The notes: generated from the sequence alone by a model not told the origin. Shown: positions 10,590 to 20,037, counted from the first letter of the stretch. The stretch: 64,000 nucleotides of DNA from Spirochaetia bacterium (GCA_965203515.1 OZ241907.1:3840001-3904000); one strand, 5' to 3'. Translations and numbers: made by a program.

Positions 10590-11798
10590 ATGTTCAACAG
10601 CGCCGCGCAGATGCTCGAACAGATTCGCGCCGGGGAGGACGGGCGCGCCGAATTCAAGGAGCTGCGCCTGAGCGGACGGCGGGTGACCGCTCCTCATACC
10701 GAGGACTTGGCCGGCGAGTTGGTGGCGTTCGCGAATGCCGAGGGCGGCGCGGTCTTTCTTGGGGTCGACGACGCCGGAGCGGTGATCGGCATTCCAGCCG
10801 ACCGATTGGACGCCGTCGAGCAATGGCTGCTCAACATCGCGACGCACAATTGCGATCCGCCGATCCGGCCGGTGGTCCGCAAGGCGCTGCTGCCGGCGGC
10901 AAGCGGCGGCGACCGGCGCGTCCTGTTGGCGGAGATTCCGCGCGGCCTCTACGTCCATCGCACCTCCGGCGGGCGTTATTTCGTCCGCATCGGGTCTACG
11001 AAATGGGACCTGACCCCGGCGGAACTCGCCCGGCTCTTTCAACAGCGGGGACGCGAGTACGTATTCGACGAGCAGCCGGTGCTCGCCGCGGCCGTGGAAC
11101 ACCTCAACCGCCACCGGCTCGAAGCGTTCTTCGGACGGTCGCCGGCGATTCCCTGGCTCGACCTGCTGCGCAACACGCGGGTGACCGTGCGCGACGCCGA
11201 CGGCGTGGACCGCCCGACCGTGGCCGGCCTGCTGGTGTTCGGGACCGAGCCGACCGACTTCCTGGCGTCGGGATCGATCGAAGCCGCCGACTACCGCGGC
11301 GCCCGGTTGTCATCCGACGACCTCATCCATGCCGAACGGATCGCCGGACCGGTTTCCGATCAGATCGACGCCGGAATCGCCTTCGTGGCGCGCTTCATGC
11401 GCAGCGCCGGAGCGCCGGACGCCGCCGCTCGTTACGACATCGACGTCGTGGACGAAGCGGTCGTCAACGCCGTCGCGCACCGCGACTACGCCATCTCCGG
11501 TTCCAAGATACGCCTGTTCCTGTTCGCCGACCGGCTGGAACTCTACAGCCCCGGCAAGCTGCCCAACACCATCACGCTCGACGACATGCCCTACCGCACC
11601 TTCACCCGCAACCAACTCCTGGTCAACTTCCTGTCGAGAATCCGCAGCAAGCGCACCGGCCAGGTGTTCCTCGAATCGCGCGGCGAAGGCGTGCGCAAGA
11701 TTCTCGACGCCGGCCACGCCCACTCCGGCCGCCGCCCGGAATACGCCCTGTTCGGCGACGAACTACGCCTCACCCTGTGGGCGCGCGCCCCGCAATAG
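10590..11798 (+). CDS. Schlafen/AlbA_2-domain protein with a RecG-C/HATPase-like C-terminal domain
   Basis: AEFKE...LVAFANAEGGAVFLGVDD, EAVVNAVAHRDY, YSPGKLP...RNQLL and ESRGEGV. Confidence 0.85.
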   Translation: MFNSAAQMLEQIRAGEDGRAEFKELRLSGRRVTAPHTEDLAGELVAFANAEGGAVFLGVDDAGAVIGIPADRLDAVEQWLLNIATHNCDPPIRPVVRKALLPAASGGDRRVLLAEIPRGLYVHRTSGGRYFVRIGSTKWDLTPAELARLFQQRGREYVFDEQPVLAAAVEHLNRHRLEAFFGRSPAIPWLDLLRNTRVTVRDADGVDRPTVAGLLVFGTEPTDFLASGSIEAADYRGARLSSDDLIHAERIAGPVSDQIDAGIAFVARFMRSAGAPDAAARYDIDVVDEAVVNAVAHRDYAISGSKIRLFLFADRLELYSPGKLPNTITLDDMPYRTFTRNQLLVNFLSRIRSKRTGQVFLESRGEGVRKILDAGHAHSGRRPEYALFGDELRLTLWARAPQ

Positions 11799-11864
11799 CC
11801 GCCCACGATAGAGACGCTGCCCGGCATCAGCGGCCGCTGACGCCAATCGCGTCCCGGACGACCC

Positions 11865-12170
11865 TCACTCGGCGCCGGTGCCGTTGTCGTCGAACTGCTG
11901 CTTGAGGCGCCGGAAGGCGGCCTCGTCGATGCCGGTCGCCGCCTCGATAGTCGACCACGGGACGCGGCCCAGCAATCCCTGGGCGGCTTGCAACCGACCC
12001 CTCAGCTCGCCTTCCTGACGGCCTTCCTGACGGCCTTCCTGACGGCCTTCCTGGCGGCCCTTCACCTCACCTTCCTGGATGCCTTCCTGACGGCCCTGCT
12101 CGACCATCCGTTCCACGTTGACCATACCTTCCCGGCGGCCTTGCTCGACCATCCGTTCCACGTAGTTCAT
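11865..12170 (-). CDS. Probable internally initiated small protein (RpnS-type antitoxin, 101 aa)
   Basis: In-frame ATG at 12170 (MNYVERMVEQG), with GGAGGAG 5 nt upstream at 12176-12182. Confidence 0.6.
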   Translation of the reverse strand: MNYVERMVEQGRREGMVNVERMVEQGRQEGIQEGEVKGRQEGRQEGRQEGRQEGELRGRLQAAQGLLGRVPWSTIEAATGIDEAAFRRLKQQFDDNGTGAE

Positions 12171-12956
12171 CAGCTCTCCTCCACGGCCCGGCACGTTGCG
12201 GCGCAGCACCTCCCCGAACGCCGGATGCCGTTCTTCCGGCTGCGCCGCCAGCACGTACTCCACGTGCAGCGCCACCGCGTCGAACCCGTCGACGCGGTAC
12301 ATCCTTCCCATCAACCGCGTCGCCTGTTCCAGCAACTCCTCCCACCTCTCGCGGAACGTGGCCATCATCGTGAGCTGCGCCAACCGCGCTCCCACCGCTC
12401 CCGCCACCGTCTCCGGGTTCTGCCGCGTCTGGTCGATCAGCAGGTGCTCGAACTGCGGCACCCAGCCCCAGTCCGGCTCCGAGTCCGCAACCAGCTCCGC
12501 GAACTGCCGGCCATGCCGCCACGGCTCCGCTCCCTGATAGAATACTACCGGCACGATCAGCGGCAACTGCGGCTCGTTCTCGTGCTCCCGGTGCCACCTC
12601 ATCCAGGCCAGCAGGCAGTAGTTCAGCAACCGCAGCCGCATCCACCGGTCCGGCGTGGACTGATGTTCGAGCAGCACGTAGACGAGCACCGGCGGGCCGG
12701 AATCCTGCCGCTCGACCGAGAACAGCAGGTCGGCCTCCCGGCCGCGCCAGTCGTCGCTGACGAAGCGGGCGGGCACATGGGCGAGGGTGGACCAGCGCAG
12801 CGTGCGGGCGACCGCCTGGGGCAGGTGCGGGCGCAACAGGCCGGCGGCGTTCCGGGAGTCGGAGAACACGCTGTAGAAGTACTTGTCGTGCGGATGGCTG
12901 ACCGGCGTCTCCGCCGCGGCGGACTCCGGTCGGTCCGGCGCCTGATCGTCGGCCAT
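11865..12956 (-). CDS. Rpn family recombination-promoting nuclease / YhgA-like putative transposase
   Basis: HPHDKYF, ADLLFSV, YVLLEHQSTPD and PLIVPVVFYQG motifs, with a C-terminal GRQE repeat tail. Confidence 0.9.
   Translation of the reverse strand: MADDQAPDRPESAAAETPVSHPHDKYFYSVFSDSRNAAGLLRPHLPQAVARTLRWSTLAHVPARFVSDDWRGREADLLFSVERQDSGPPVLVYVLLEHQSTPDRWMRLRLLNYCLLAWMRWHREHENEPQLPLIVPVVFYQGAEPWRHGRQFAELVADSEPDWGWVPQFEHLLIDQTRQNPETVAGAVGARLAQLTMMATFRERWEELLEQATRLMGRMYRVDGFDAVALHVEYVLAAQPEERHPAFGEVLRRNVPGRGGELMNYVERMVEQGRREGMVNVERMVEQGRQEGIQEGEVKGRQEGRQEGRQEGRQEGELRGRLQAAQGLLGRVPWSTIEAATGIDEAAFRRLKQQFDDNGTGAE
12009..12056. repeat. 12-bp tandem repeat (GCCTTCCTGACG x3 plus one variant) encoding GRQE repeats
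   Basis: Directly visible. A further copy lies at about 12081-12092. Confidence 0.9.
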
Positions 12957-13039
12957 GAGACCCGGCGGCGACGGTAGCCCCGGGCTGACCCGGCGTCAAG
13001 CCGGCGCGGGCGGCGGCGAATCGCGCGGATCGGTCACCG

Positions 13040-13666
13040 TCATGCTGCGGCATTCCCTGAAGACTCCTCGCGGATGGTCACCTCGCCCATCAGGCTGATG
13101 CCGGTAAGGGTGACTTGGTGGCTGGTGAAGCGGGCGCGTGCGGTGCGTTTGGCCTTCCAGGGCCGTACCGACACGTCGCTCAACAGACTCCATAGCGTAC
13201 GGTTGACCTGGGTGCCGTACGGGACGGCTACCTGCAGCTCTCCCATGAGGTTGTAGACCCGCAACTCGTATACCCCCGGCGGGGCGTCGCTCAGGTCGAT
13301 GCGGGTCGCTCCCATGACGTTGATTACCTGCCGCGGCAGGTCCTGCACCGCCTGCACGTCGAGCTTGCGTTCCCCCATTATCGTCACGGTTGCGCCGGGA
13401 GTCGGGGCCCGCCGCGCGGGAGACGCGCGCGGCGGGGCCGGGCGCGCCGGGAAGTCGGCCACCAGCGCCTCCAGTTGATCGATGGTGGCGGCGTACTCGG
13501 CGGCCCGTACCCGGCGCTCATACTCGGACAGCTCCAGGTTGTCGTCGGCGTAGGCGTCCGCCAGCCGCTGCAATATCTGCCGCCGCAGCTTCGGCACGCC
13601 ATACTCCGACGGCGTGCGCCCGTCGTCCGGCTCACCGGCGGGCACGCTGAATCGATCCTGCGCCAT
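13040..13666 (-). CDS. DUF1707 (SHOCT-like) protein with a LiaF-like C-terminal domain
   Basis: LQRLADAYADDNLELSEYERRV...LEALVADFP, followed by repeated MG-x beta motifs (IMGE, VMGA, LMGE). Confidence 0.75.
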   Translation of the reverse strand: MAQDRFSVPAGEPDDGRTPSEYGVPKLRRQILQRLADAYADDNLELSEYERRVRAAEYAATIDQLEALVADFPARPAPPRASPARRAPTPGATVTIMGERKLDVQAVQDLPRQVINVMGATRIDLSDAPPGVYELRVYNLMGELQVAVPYGTQVNRTLWSLLSDVSVRPWKAKRTARARFTSHQVTLTGISLMGEVTIREESSGNAAA

Positions 13667-13755
13667 CTTCACTCTCCGGTGCCCAGTGTACCGATGCGCG
13701 CGGCCCGTGCCGACCCGTGCCGACCTGGTGGCATTCTTGCGCGCGATCGAGGCCA

Positions 13756-15534
13756 TCATCGCGAGCTGCGTCGGCGCTCGATCTCCTTGATGATGTCTTC
13801 GGCGACTTCCATCACTTCCGCCGGCGCTCGAACTTGCTCGCCCAGTTCCTTACGCAGGGCCACAACGAGGGGCCTCAACTTGGCGGACTTATCGTTGTCC
13901 ATCAACAGAATATCAAGCACCTCACGTTGCTGCGCTTCAGTCGTAGCTAATTCAATCACGACTGCCGGTATCTGACTCATCATCATATCGTCGGCAAGTG
14001 CGAACCCAGCATATCCGGCGCGAAACGAGTCCATGGCGGCGCGGTATTCCCCCAGTGTGATCAGCGTCCTTGCCTTGCTGAACAGTCCCTTCGTCACCTG
14101 TTCCTGAACATCACGCACCTCACTTTCCATAAATCGCTCGATCACCTCGTCGTAGACCCCAATGGCGGCCTTGTGTTCGCCTTGTCGGGATAGCTCAAGT
14201 CCCTTGTTGAACAACGCCTTCGCGATCTGCACCTGAATTTCGGGTACGTCACTTTCTCCATATCGTTTGACTACGGCGCCGGCGCGTTCGACTCCTTCTC
14301 GAATGGATGGCTCTTGAGTTGCCTCCATGCTGATCTTGCCGATCGTATCGGCCAATTCAGGTCCGCTGTAGAATGCCGTCATGAAGCGGATCAGGTTTTG
14401 TATGACCGCGGCCTCGTCGCCCTGCCGGCGCAGTTTGTAGTAGATGCTGTACAGGCGCTCCGCGGCAGCGTATCTCCGTTTCCTGCCGCTTCCTTCGACG
14501 AGGACCGCGCCCCGGTCAGCAAGTCTGCCGAGCATTGCAGACACGGTTCGGACGTCCAGGCGGGATCGTGCCGTGATTTCGGCTGTGCTCGACGGCTGCC
14601 AGAGATCGATTACCGCGAGATAGACGCGGCGCTCGGTCTTGGCGATGCCCTGCAGGTGACTGCGGAAATACTCGGTATGGTCGTCGATCAGCGTCACCAG
14701 CTCCTCCATCAACTGGCGCAGCGACCGGTGGCGCGCGAACTGGGCTACGATGACCAGAAGGCGCGGGTTGCCGCCGGTAAGTATCTGCAGTGGTCTGATC
14801 TGGCGCTCGATCACGTCGTCGCCGCTGACCACGTGCCAGAGACGCCGACACTCGTCGATATCCAGCGGCTCGAGGCGGAGGGCGCGGAACAGTTCGAAGA
14901 ACGGCTGCGCCGGATCGTCCAGCCCTTTGAACCGACTGGTGGCGGTGGCAAGAAGCATGATATGCGGTTCCGTCTGCAGCACCTCCCGCAACTTCCATCC
15001 GAAGTCGTCGTCCACATCGGCACACAGTTCCTGCAGGTTCTCGACCATGAGGACGAGCTTGCGCCCCAGCCGATCCGCCGCGTCCAGCACCGTGGATCGG
15101 GCGCGTAGATCGAGCTCCTCGCCTCGCCACCGGGCAGCCAGATCTTTTTGCGCCGCCCGCAATTCCTGAGCCAGGGGCGGATCGCTCTTGGCGGTCTCCG
15201 CTGCAAGATGAAACAGGGCTTCGAGCCAGAAGTCGCCCGAATCCATGATCTCCTGGCTCTCTTCCATGAACCGCACCGGCAACAGCCGCTTGGCGAGAGC
15301 GCTGTCGGTGCGCAGCTCGGCGGCGACGCGCGCCAACAGCATCGTCTTGCCGCGTCCGCGCGGCGCGACGAGCAACGTGTGCTGGCACGACGGCGCATCG
15401 AGGTTGTCGTTCAGAACTTCGAGTACGATAGCCAGTTCGCGTTTCCGGACCACGAACTGGCGGATCACCTCCGCATCGGATTGGAATGTTCCCGGATTGA
15501 ACTTGCGGATCGTCCGCTCGGAGGTCTCGGTCAC
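13756..15534 (-). CDS. AAA/STAND-like ATPase with wHTH and TPR repeats
   Basis: APRGRGKTML (Walker A), LMVENL (Walker B variant), TGGNPRLL, an HTH-like region and TPR-like AKALFNKG...AIGVYDEVI. The 3' part is lower in GC. Confidence 0.8.
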   Translation of the reverse strand: MTETSERTIRKFNPGTFQSDAEVIRQFVVRKRELAIVLEVLNDNLDAPSCQHTLLVAPRGRGKTMLLARVAAELRTDSALAKRLLPVRFMEESQEIMDSGDFWLEALFHLAAETAKSDPPLAQELRAAQKDLAARWRGEELDLRARSTVLDAADRLGRKLVLMVENLQELCADVDDDFGWKLREVLQTEPHIMLLATATSRFKGLDDPAQPFFELFRALRLEPLDIDECRRLWHVVSGDDVIERQIRPLQILTGGNPRLLVIVAQFARHRSLRQLMEELVTLIDDHTEYFRSHLQGIAKTERRVYLAVIDLWQPSSTAEITARSRLDVRTVSAMLGRLADRGAVLVEGSGRKRRYAAAERLYSIYYKLRRQGDEAAVIQNLIRFMTAFYSGPELADTIGKISMEATQEPSIREGVERAGAVVKRYGESDVPEIQVQIAKALFNKGLELSRQGEHKAAIGVYDEVIERFMESEVRDVQEQVTKGLFSKARTLITLGEYRAAMDSFRAGYAGFALADDMMMSQIPAVVIELATTEAQQREVLDILLMDNDKSAKLRPLVVALRKELGEQVRAPAEVMEVAEDIIKEIERRRSSR

Positions 15535-15620
15535 TTGAATCCCAACCCCCGTGCGAACGGACGCTTTTCGAGCGGTACGTGGTGATCCGGAAGCGGGCTG
15601 CCCACCAGTCCTTTAGCAAC
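15531..15620 (-). pseudogene. C-terminal remnant of an upstream partner ATPase gene
   Basis: LLKDWWAARF, then a 1-nt frameshift to DHHVPLEKRPFARGLGFK*. Its TGA overlaps the GTG of the AAA-TPR gene (GTGA). No upstream coding body remains. Confidence 0.5.
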
Positions 15621-15649
15621 AATATAGATGTCAACGAAAGCGCTGTCAA
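15621..15649 (-). promoter_or_regulatory. Near-consensus sigma70 promoter TTGACA-17-TATATT
   Basis: The minus strand reads TTGACA gcgctttcgttgacatc TATATT, an AT-rich patch in very GC-rich DNA, about 90 nt upstream of the AAA-TPR start. Confidence 0.75.
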
Positions 15650-15852
15650 CAATATTGGTGATTATTCGGGCCGGTGCCGCCGGCGCGGTCGGCGGGTCGC
15701 CGGCGAGGGGCGGAACGGCAGCGCGACCGCCTGCCCCGGACGCGGGCGGCGGCAGACTCCGTGCCGGCACGTGGCCGGCCGGCTGCGAGTTTGACGTAGC
15801 TGCAGGGCGCAGCCACACTGACGCAGTCGTTGCGACGGTGACTCGGCGAGCT

Positions 15853-15918
15853 ATGAGGACGACAGCGGACCGCCTCTTCCGCACCGAAGGCCCGATCGAG
15901 CCGGAGCGATCGCAGTAA
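15853..15918 (+). pseudogene. 21-aa mini-ORF, possibly the N-terminal remnant of an AAA ATPase of the family at 86-1653
   Basis: MRTTADRLFRTEGPIEPERSQ resembles MRSFNTAGPVVPADHY. A weak TTGACG-17-CACACT promoter lies at 15791-15819. Confidence 0.35.
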
Positions 15919-15923
15919 ACGTC

Positions 15924-18900
15924 GTGGCGCTGAATCCGATCGCCTATACCGAGAACGTCGTGCGCAGCTTCCTGCGCTACCAGCTTACGGCGTACCCGTT
16001 CGCCGATCCGGGGCTGCACCGGCAGATGCGGGAGCTGCTGTCGCTCGACCGGACGCGCCGCTCGCCGCTGCTCAAGGGGCCGTACGTCAGCCTGTCCCGT
16101 CCGTTCCGCGACGGCTGCGCGGTCGAGTCGCTGGTCGCCGAAGGGGTGCTCCACCCGCACCTGCGCGAGCGGATTCCGGCCGCGATCACCCATCTCCGCA
16201 GTCACCAGGAACAGGCGATACGCGCCATCGCCGCGGGCCGGACCACGCTGATCTCCACCGGCACCGGTTCCGGCAAGACCGAGTGCTTCCTCTACCCCAT
16301 CGTCAGCCAGTGCCTGAAGCTGCGCGATCAGGGGGCGCCGCCCGGCATCAGCGCCGTCATCGTCTACCCGATGAACGCGCTGGCCGAAGACCAGCTCATG
16401 CGCCTGCGCGGCCTGCTGGCCGGCACCGGCATTCCGTTCGGCATCTACGTCGGCAAGACGCCGGAAGGCGAAGCCGACGTGGCCGGCGTCCGGCTGCGGC
16501 CCGGCGCCTCGCGGGCCGACTACGAGGCGCGGCTGCGGCGGGCGCAGCGCGAGGGCAGCGGCGAGACCGTGTATCCGGCCGAGGAAGTCTGCTCGCGGCA
16601 GATAATGCGTGCGCCGGGCCGGCAGCCGCGGGTGCTGCTCACCAACGTGAAGCAGCTCGAGCTGCTGCTGACGCGCCAGCAGGACATCGAGCTGTTCGCC
16701 GCGGCGCGGCTCGACTTCCTGGTGTTCGACGAAGCGCATACCTTCACCGGCGCGCTGGGCGCGGAGACCGCCTGCCTGATCCGGCGCCTGCGCGCGTTCT
16801 GCGCCACCGAGCCGGATCACACCACCTGCGTCGCCGCCTCGGCGACCATCGTCGATGACCGGGAACCGGCGGCCGCGCGCTCGTTCGCGGCGCGCTTCTT
16901 CGGCGTCCCCGCTGCCGCGGTGCGGACGGTCGGCGAGGACTACGAGGCGGAAGTATGGGCAGCGCCTCGGGTTACGCCCCCGGCGCCGCGGCAGGACGCC
17001 GCGGCCGTCCTGGACCGTTGCGTGCAAGCGGTCGACGAGGCTGACGATCGACCGGCCGCCGTGCGCGCCGCATACGCCGAACTGGCCGGTGATGACCTGC
17101 CGCCGGGAGATTGGCCGGACGCGCTCCACGCCGCTCTGTCGCGTAACGAAATCGTGTTCCGGTTGAACGAGGAACTCGGCGTGCCCAGAGCGCTCGACGA
17201 GCTGCCCCCGGCCCTTGCGCGGCGCCTGGGGCGGCCGGTCGCCGAAGCCGAGGTCCTCGCCTGGTTGACGTTGGGCGCCGCGGCGCGCGCGAACGGTCGC
17301 CCGCTGCTGCGGCCGGTCGTGCACGGCTTCGTGCGCGGCATCGGCGGCGCCGTGGCGACCTTCCCCGACGACTGCGCCGGGCCGCGCTTGTGGCTGGCCG
17401 CCGAAGACCAGCTCGCCGGCCGCGAGGGCCGCGAGCCCGGCGCCGACCACGCGCACTTTGCCGTAACGACCTGCACGACCTGCGGGCAGCACTACTACCT
17501 CGCGTTCCTGGAAGACTTCAGCTACACCGGCGCCAAGCCCGGCGGCGGGAGAGTCGGCGCGGCCGGCTCCTGGTGGCCGGCGCTGGAGGAGGCGCAGGGC
17601 GGCAAGCGGGTCGTGCTGATCGACCGCCTGATCGGCGCAACGGACGAGGATGCGGAAGAGCCGGCCCGCCACCCGCGGACGGCGCCGCTCCACTTCTGCC
17701 GCCGCTGCGGCGCCGCGCACCCGGAGCCGGCGCCGCGCTGCCGGGCGTGCGGCGCCGCCGGCGGCCCGGTGACGCTGCAGGCCGTGCGCCAGCACGCCAA
17801 GCACCCCGGCCGCCTGACGAGCTGTCTCTCATGCGGCGGTAGCGGCCGCCGCATGAGCGGCCGCTACCGCGAGCCGGCCCGGTCGGTGCGCGCGATCAAC
17901 GTGGCCGACGTGCACGTCCTGACGCAGGACATGGTGCACCACGCGCAGCGGCAGCGCCTGTTGGTGTTCTGCGACAACCGGCAGGACGCGGCGTTTCAGG
18001 CCGGGTGGATGAAGGATCATGCGCGGCGCTTCCGGCTGCGGGCGCTGATGGCCGCCGGCATCAAGGCGAGTCCGCGTTCGGTGGGCGATCTGGCCGGCTA
18101 CCTGGACGATCGGCTGGAAGCCGACGAGACCTTGTCGCGGGCGCTGGTGCCGGAGGTGTGGCAGGTCGCGCGCCGCGAAAGCGGCGGCGGCCGGCATCAG
18201 CAGGAACGCCGCAAGTTCCTGCGGTTTCAGGTGCTGCGCGAGGTGGCGCTGTCCTCCCGGCAGGCGCTCGGCCTGGAGCCGTGGGGCCGCGTGAAGGTGG
18301 AGTACGTCGGGCTCGACGCCTCCCTGCCGTGGCTCCAGGAGCACGCTCACTCCCTCGGCATAGCGCCCGACGAGCTGCGCGAAGGCGTGGCCAGCGTCCT
18401 CGACTACCTGCGGCGCCGGCGCGCGCTGCACGACCCGGAGTACGAGATCTTCACGAAGTACTGGATGGAGGGCGACCGGGAGATTCAGCAGGGATACCTG
18501 CCCGGATTCCTGGGTCCCGCCGCCACCAAGCTGCGCCGGGAGGGATCGGAAAAGCCGGAGTTGGTCATGCAATGGCTGAGCGACCGCGGCGATACCACGA
18601 TCCGGCAGATCGCCGGGACCTGGGGCGTTGCCGCGGCCGCGGTCGAGCCGGTGCTGGAGAGCCTGTTCGCGCTGCTGGTCGAACGATGGCTGCTGGTGTC
18701 GGTGCGGCTCAAGGGGGCCCGCGGGCGCCCATTGCCCAACGTGCACGGCGTGTATCAGGTCAACGCCGATCGGTTGCGTCTGACCCCGAACCGGGGCGTG
18801 CGGGCTGCTGTGGGACCCGATGCCGGGCGGTTCCGGACTTCTGGAACGCCTCTGCGAACGATTCTCCGAAGTCGTTGCGGCCGCCCGCGCGGTCGCCGCC

Positions 18901-20037
18901 GATTGCCCGGCGGCGTGCAAGTCGTCGTGCATCGACTGCCTGCAGACGTTTCGCAACGCCTACTATCACCGCGACCTCGATCGCGCGGCGGCCTGCGACC
19001 GATTCGACGAGTGGGGCGCGCGGCTCGCGTTCGAGCACGCCATTCCGCCCCGGCAGCCGGTCGAGACACCGGGCGGGGACGCGCTGCCGGCCAACGAGGC
19101 GGAGAGCAGGCTGCGTCATCTGTTGCGCGCCGCGGGATTCGGCGAGGGCATTCGCGGTGAACAGCTTCGCTTGAGCCGCGCGTTGGGTTCGACCACGCCG
19201 GACGTGATCTACCGCGCCGACGACGATGAGCCGGACGAAGGCGTCTGCATCTATCTGGACGGGCTGAGCGCGCATCTCCACGGCAATCCCGAGACCGCGG
19301 CGCGCGACCGCGAAATCCGCGATTGGCTGCGCAACGGCGGGTTCGACGTGATCGAGATCGCCGCCCACGATCTGCACGACCGGGAGGCGATGACGCGCCA
19401 TTTTCGCCGGCTGGCGCAGTACCTGGGCATGCGCGCCGCCCGGCGCCGGCTGCGCGAAGACCCGTCGTGGTTCCACGGGCCGGAGCAGACGCCGGCGGCC
19501 GGCCCCGGTCCGTTGCGCCTGGTGTCGCCGACGCCGGCCAGCCGCTACGTGACCTGCGTGCCGCTGGTTCCGCTGCAAGCCGCGGCCGGCGCGTTCGGCG
19601 GCGCCGATACGATCGCGGACGAATCGGAACGAGAATGGGAATGGGTCGAGATCGACACCGGCCGTTCGCTGCGCCGCGGCATGTTCGCGGCGCGCGTCGA
19701 CGGCAAGTCGATGGAGCCGCGCATACCGGACGGCTCCTATTGCCTGTTCGCCGGCCCGGTGACCGGCACCCGCCAGGGACGCATCGTCCTCGCGCAACTG
19801 CTGAACGCCGTCGACCCGGACACCGGCCAGCGGTTCACCGTGAAGCGCTATCGGAGCGACAAGGCCGTCGACGAAGACGGCTGGCGCCACCTCGCCATCG
19901 TCCTGGAACCGCTCAATCCCGACTACGAGCCGCTCGAACTGGCCGCCGAGGACGAGAGCCCGGTCGCCGTGATCGCCGAACTGATCGAGGTGATCGGCAC
20001 CGAGGCGCCGGCCGACCGGCCCGACGGGGCGCGATAG
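15924..20037 (+). pseudogene. YprA/DEAH-type helicase-DUF1998-Vsr-like nuclease-S24 peptidase fusion, broken by an out-of-frame internal deletion at about 18800
   Basis: First part: TGTGSGKTE, YPMNALAEDQ, DEAH, ASAT, CxxC clusters and LLVFCDNRQDAA. Motifs V and VI are missing. Second frame from about 18805: LLWDPMPGGSG...C-x3-C-x3-CIDCL (DUF1998 end), PDV...IYLDG...H (DUF559/Vsr-like) and AAAG...GKSMEP...TVKRY (S24). Confidence 0.78.

Noticed and set aside
12009..12165. Repeats in rpn considered as a CRISPR array
   Set aside because: These are 12-bp in-frame coding repeats with no unique spacers and no cas genes.
11865..12956. Rpn gene considered as an IS element
   Set aside because: I saw no terminal inverted repeats or target duplication, and the family is not shown to transpose.
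18790..18822. Programmed ribosomal frameshift in the helicase gene
   Set aside because: There is no slippery heptamer, and joining the frames still leaves helicase motifs V-VI missing.
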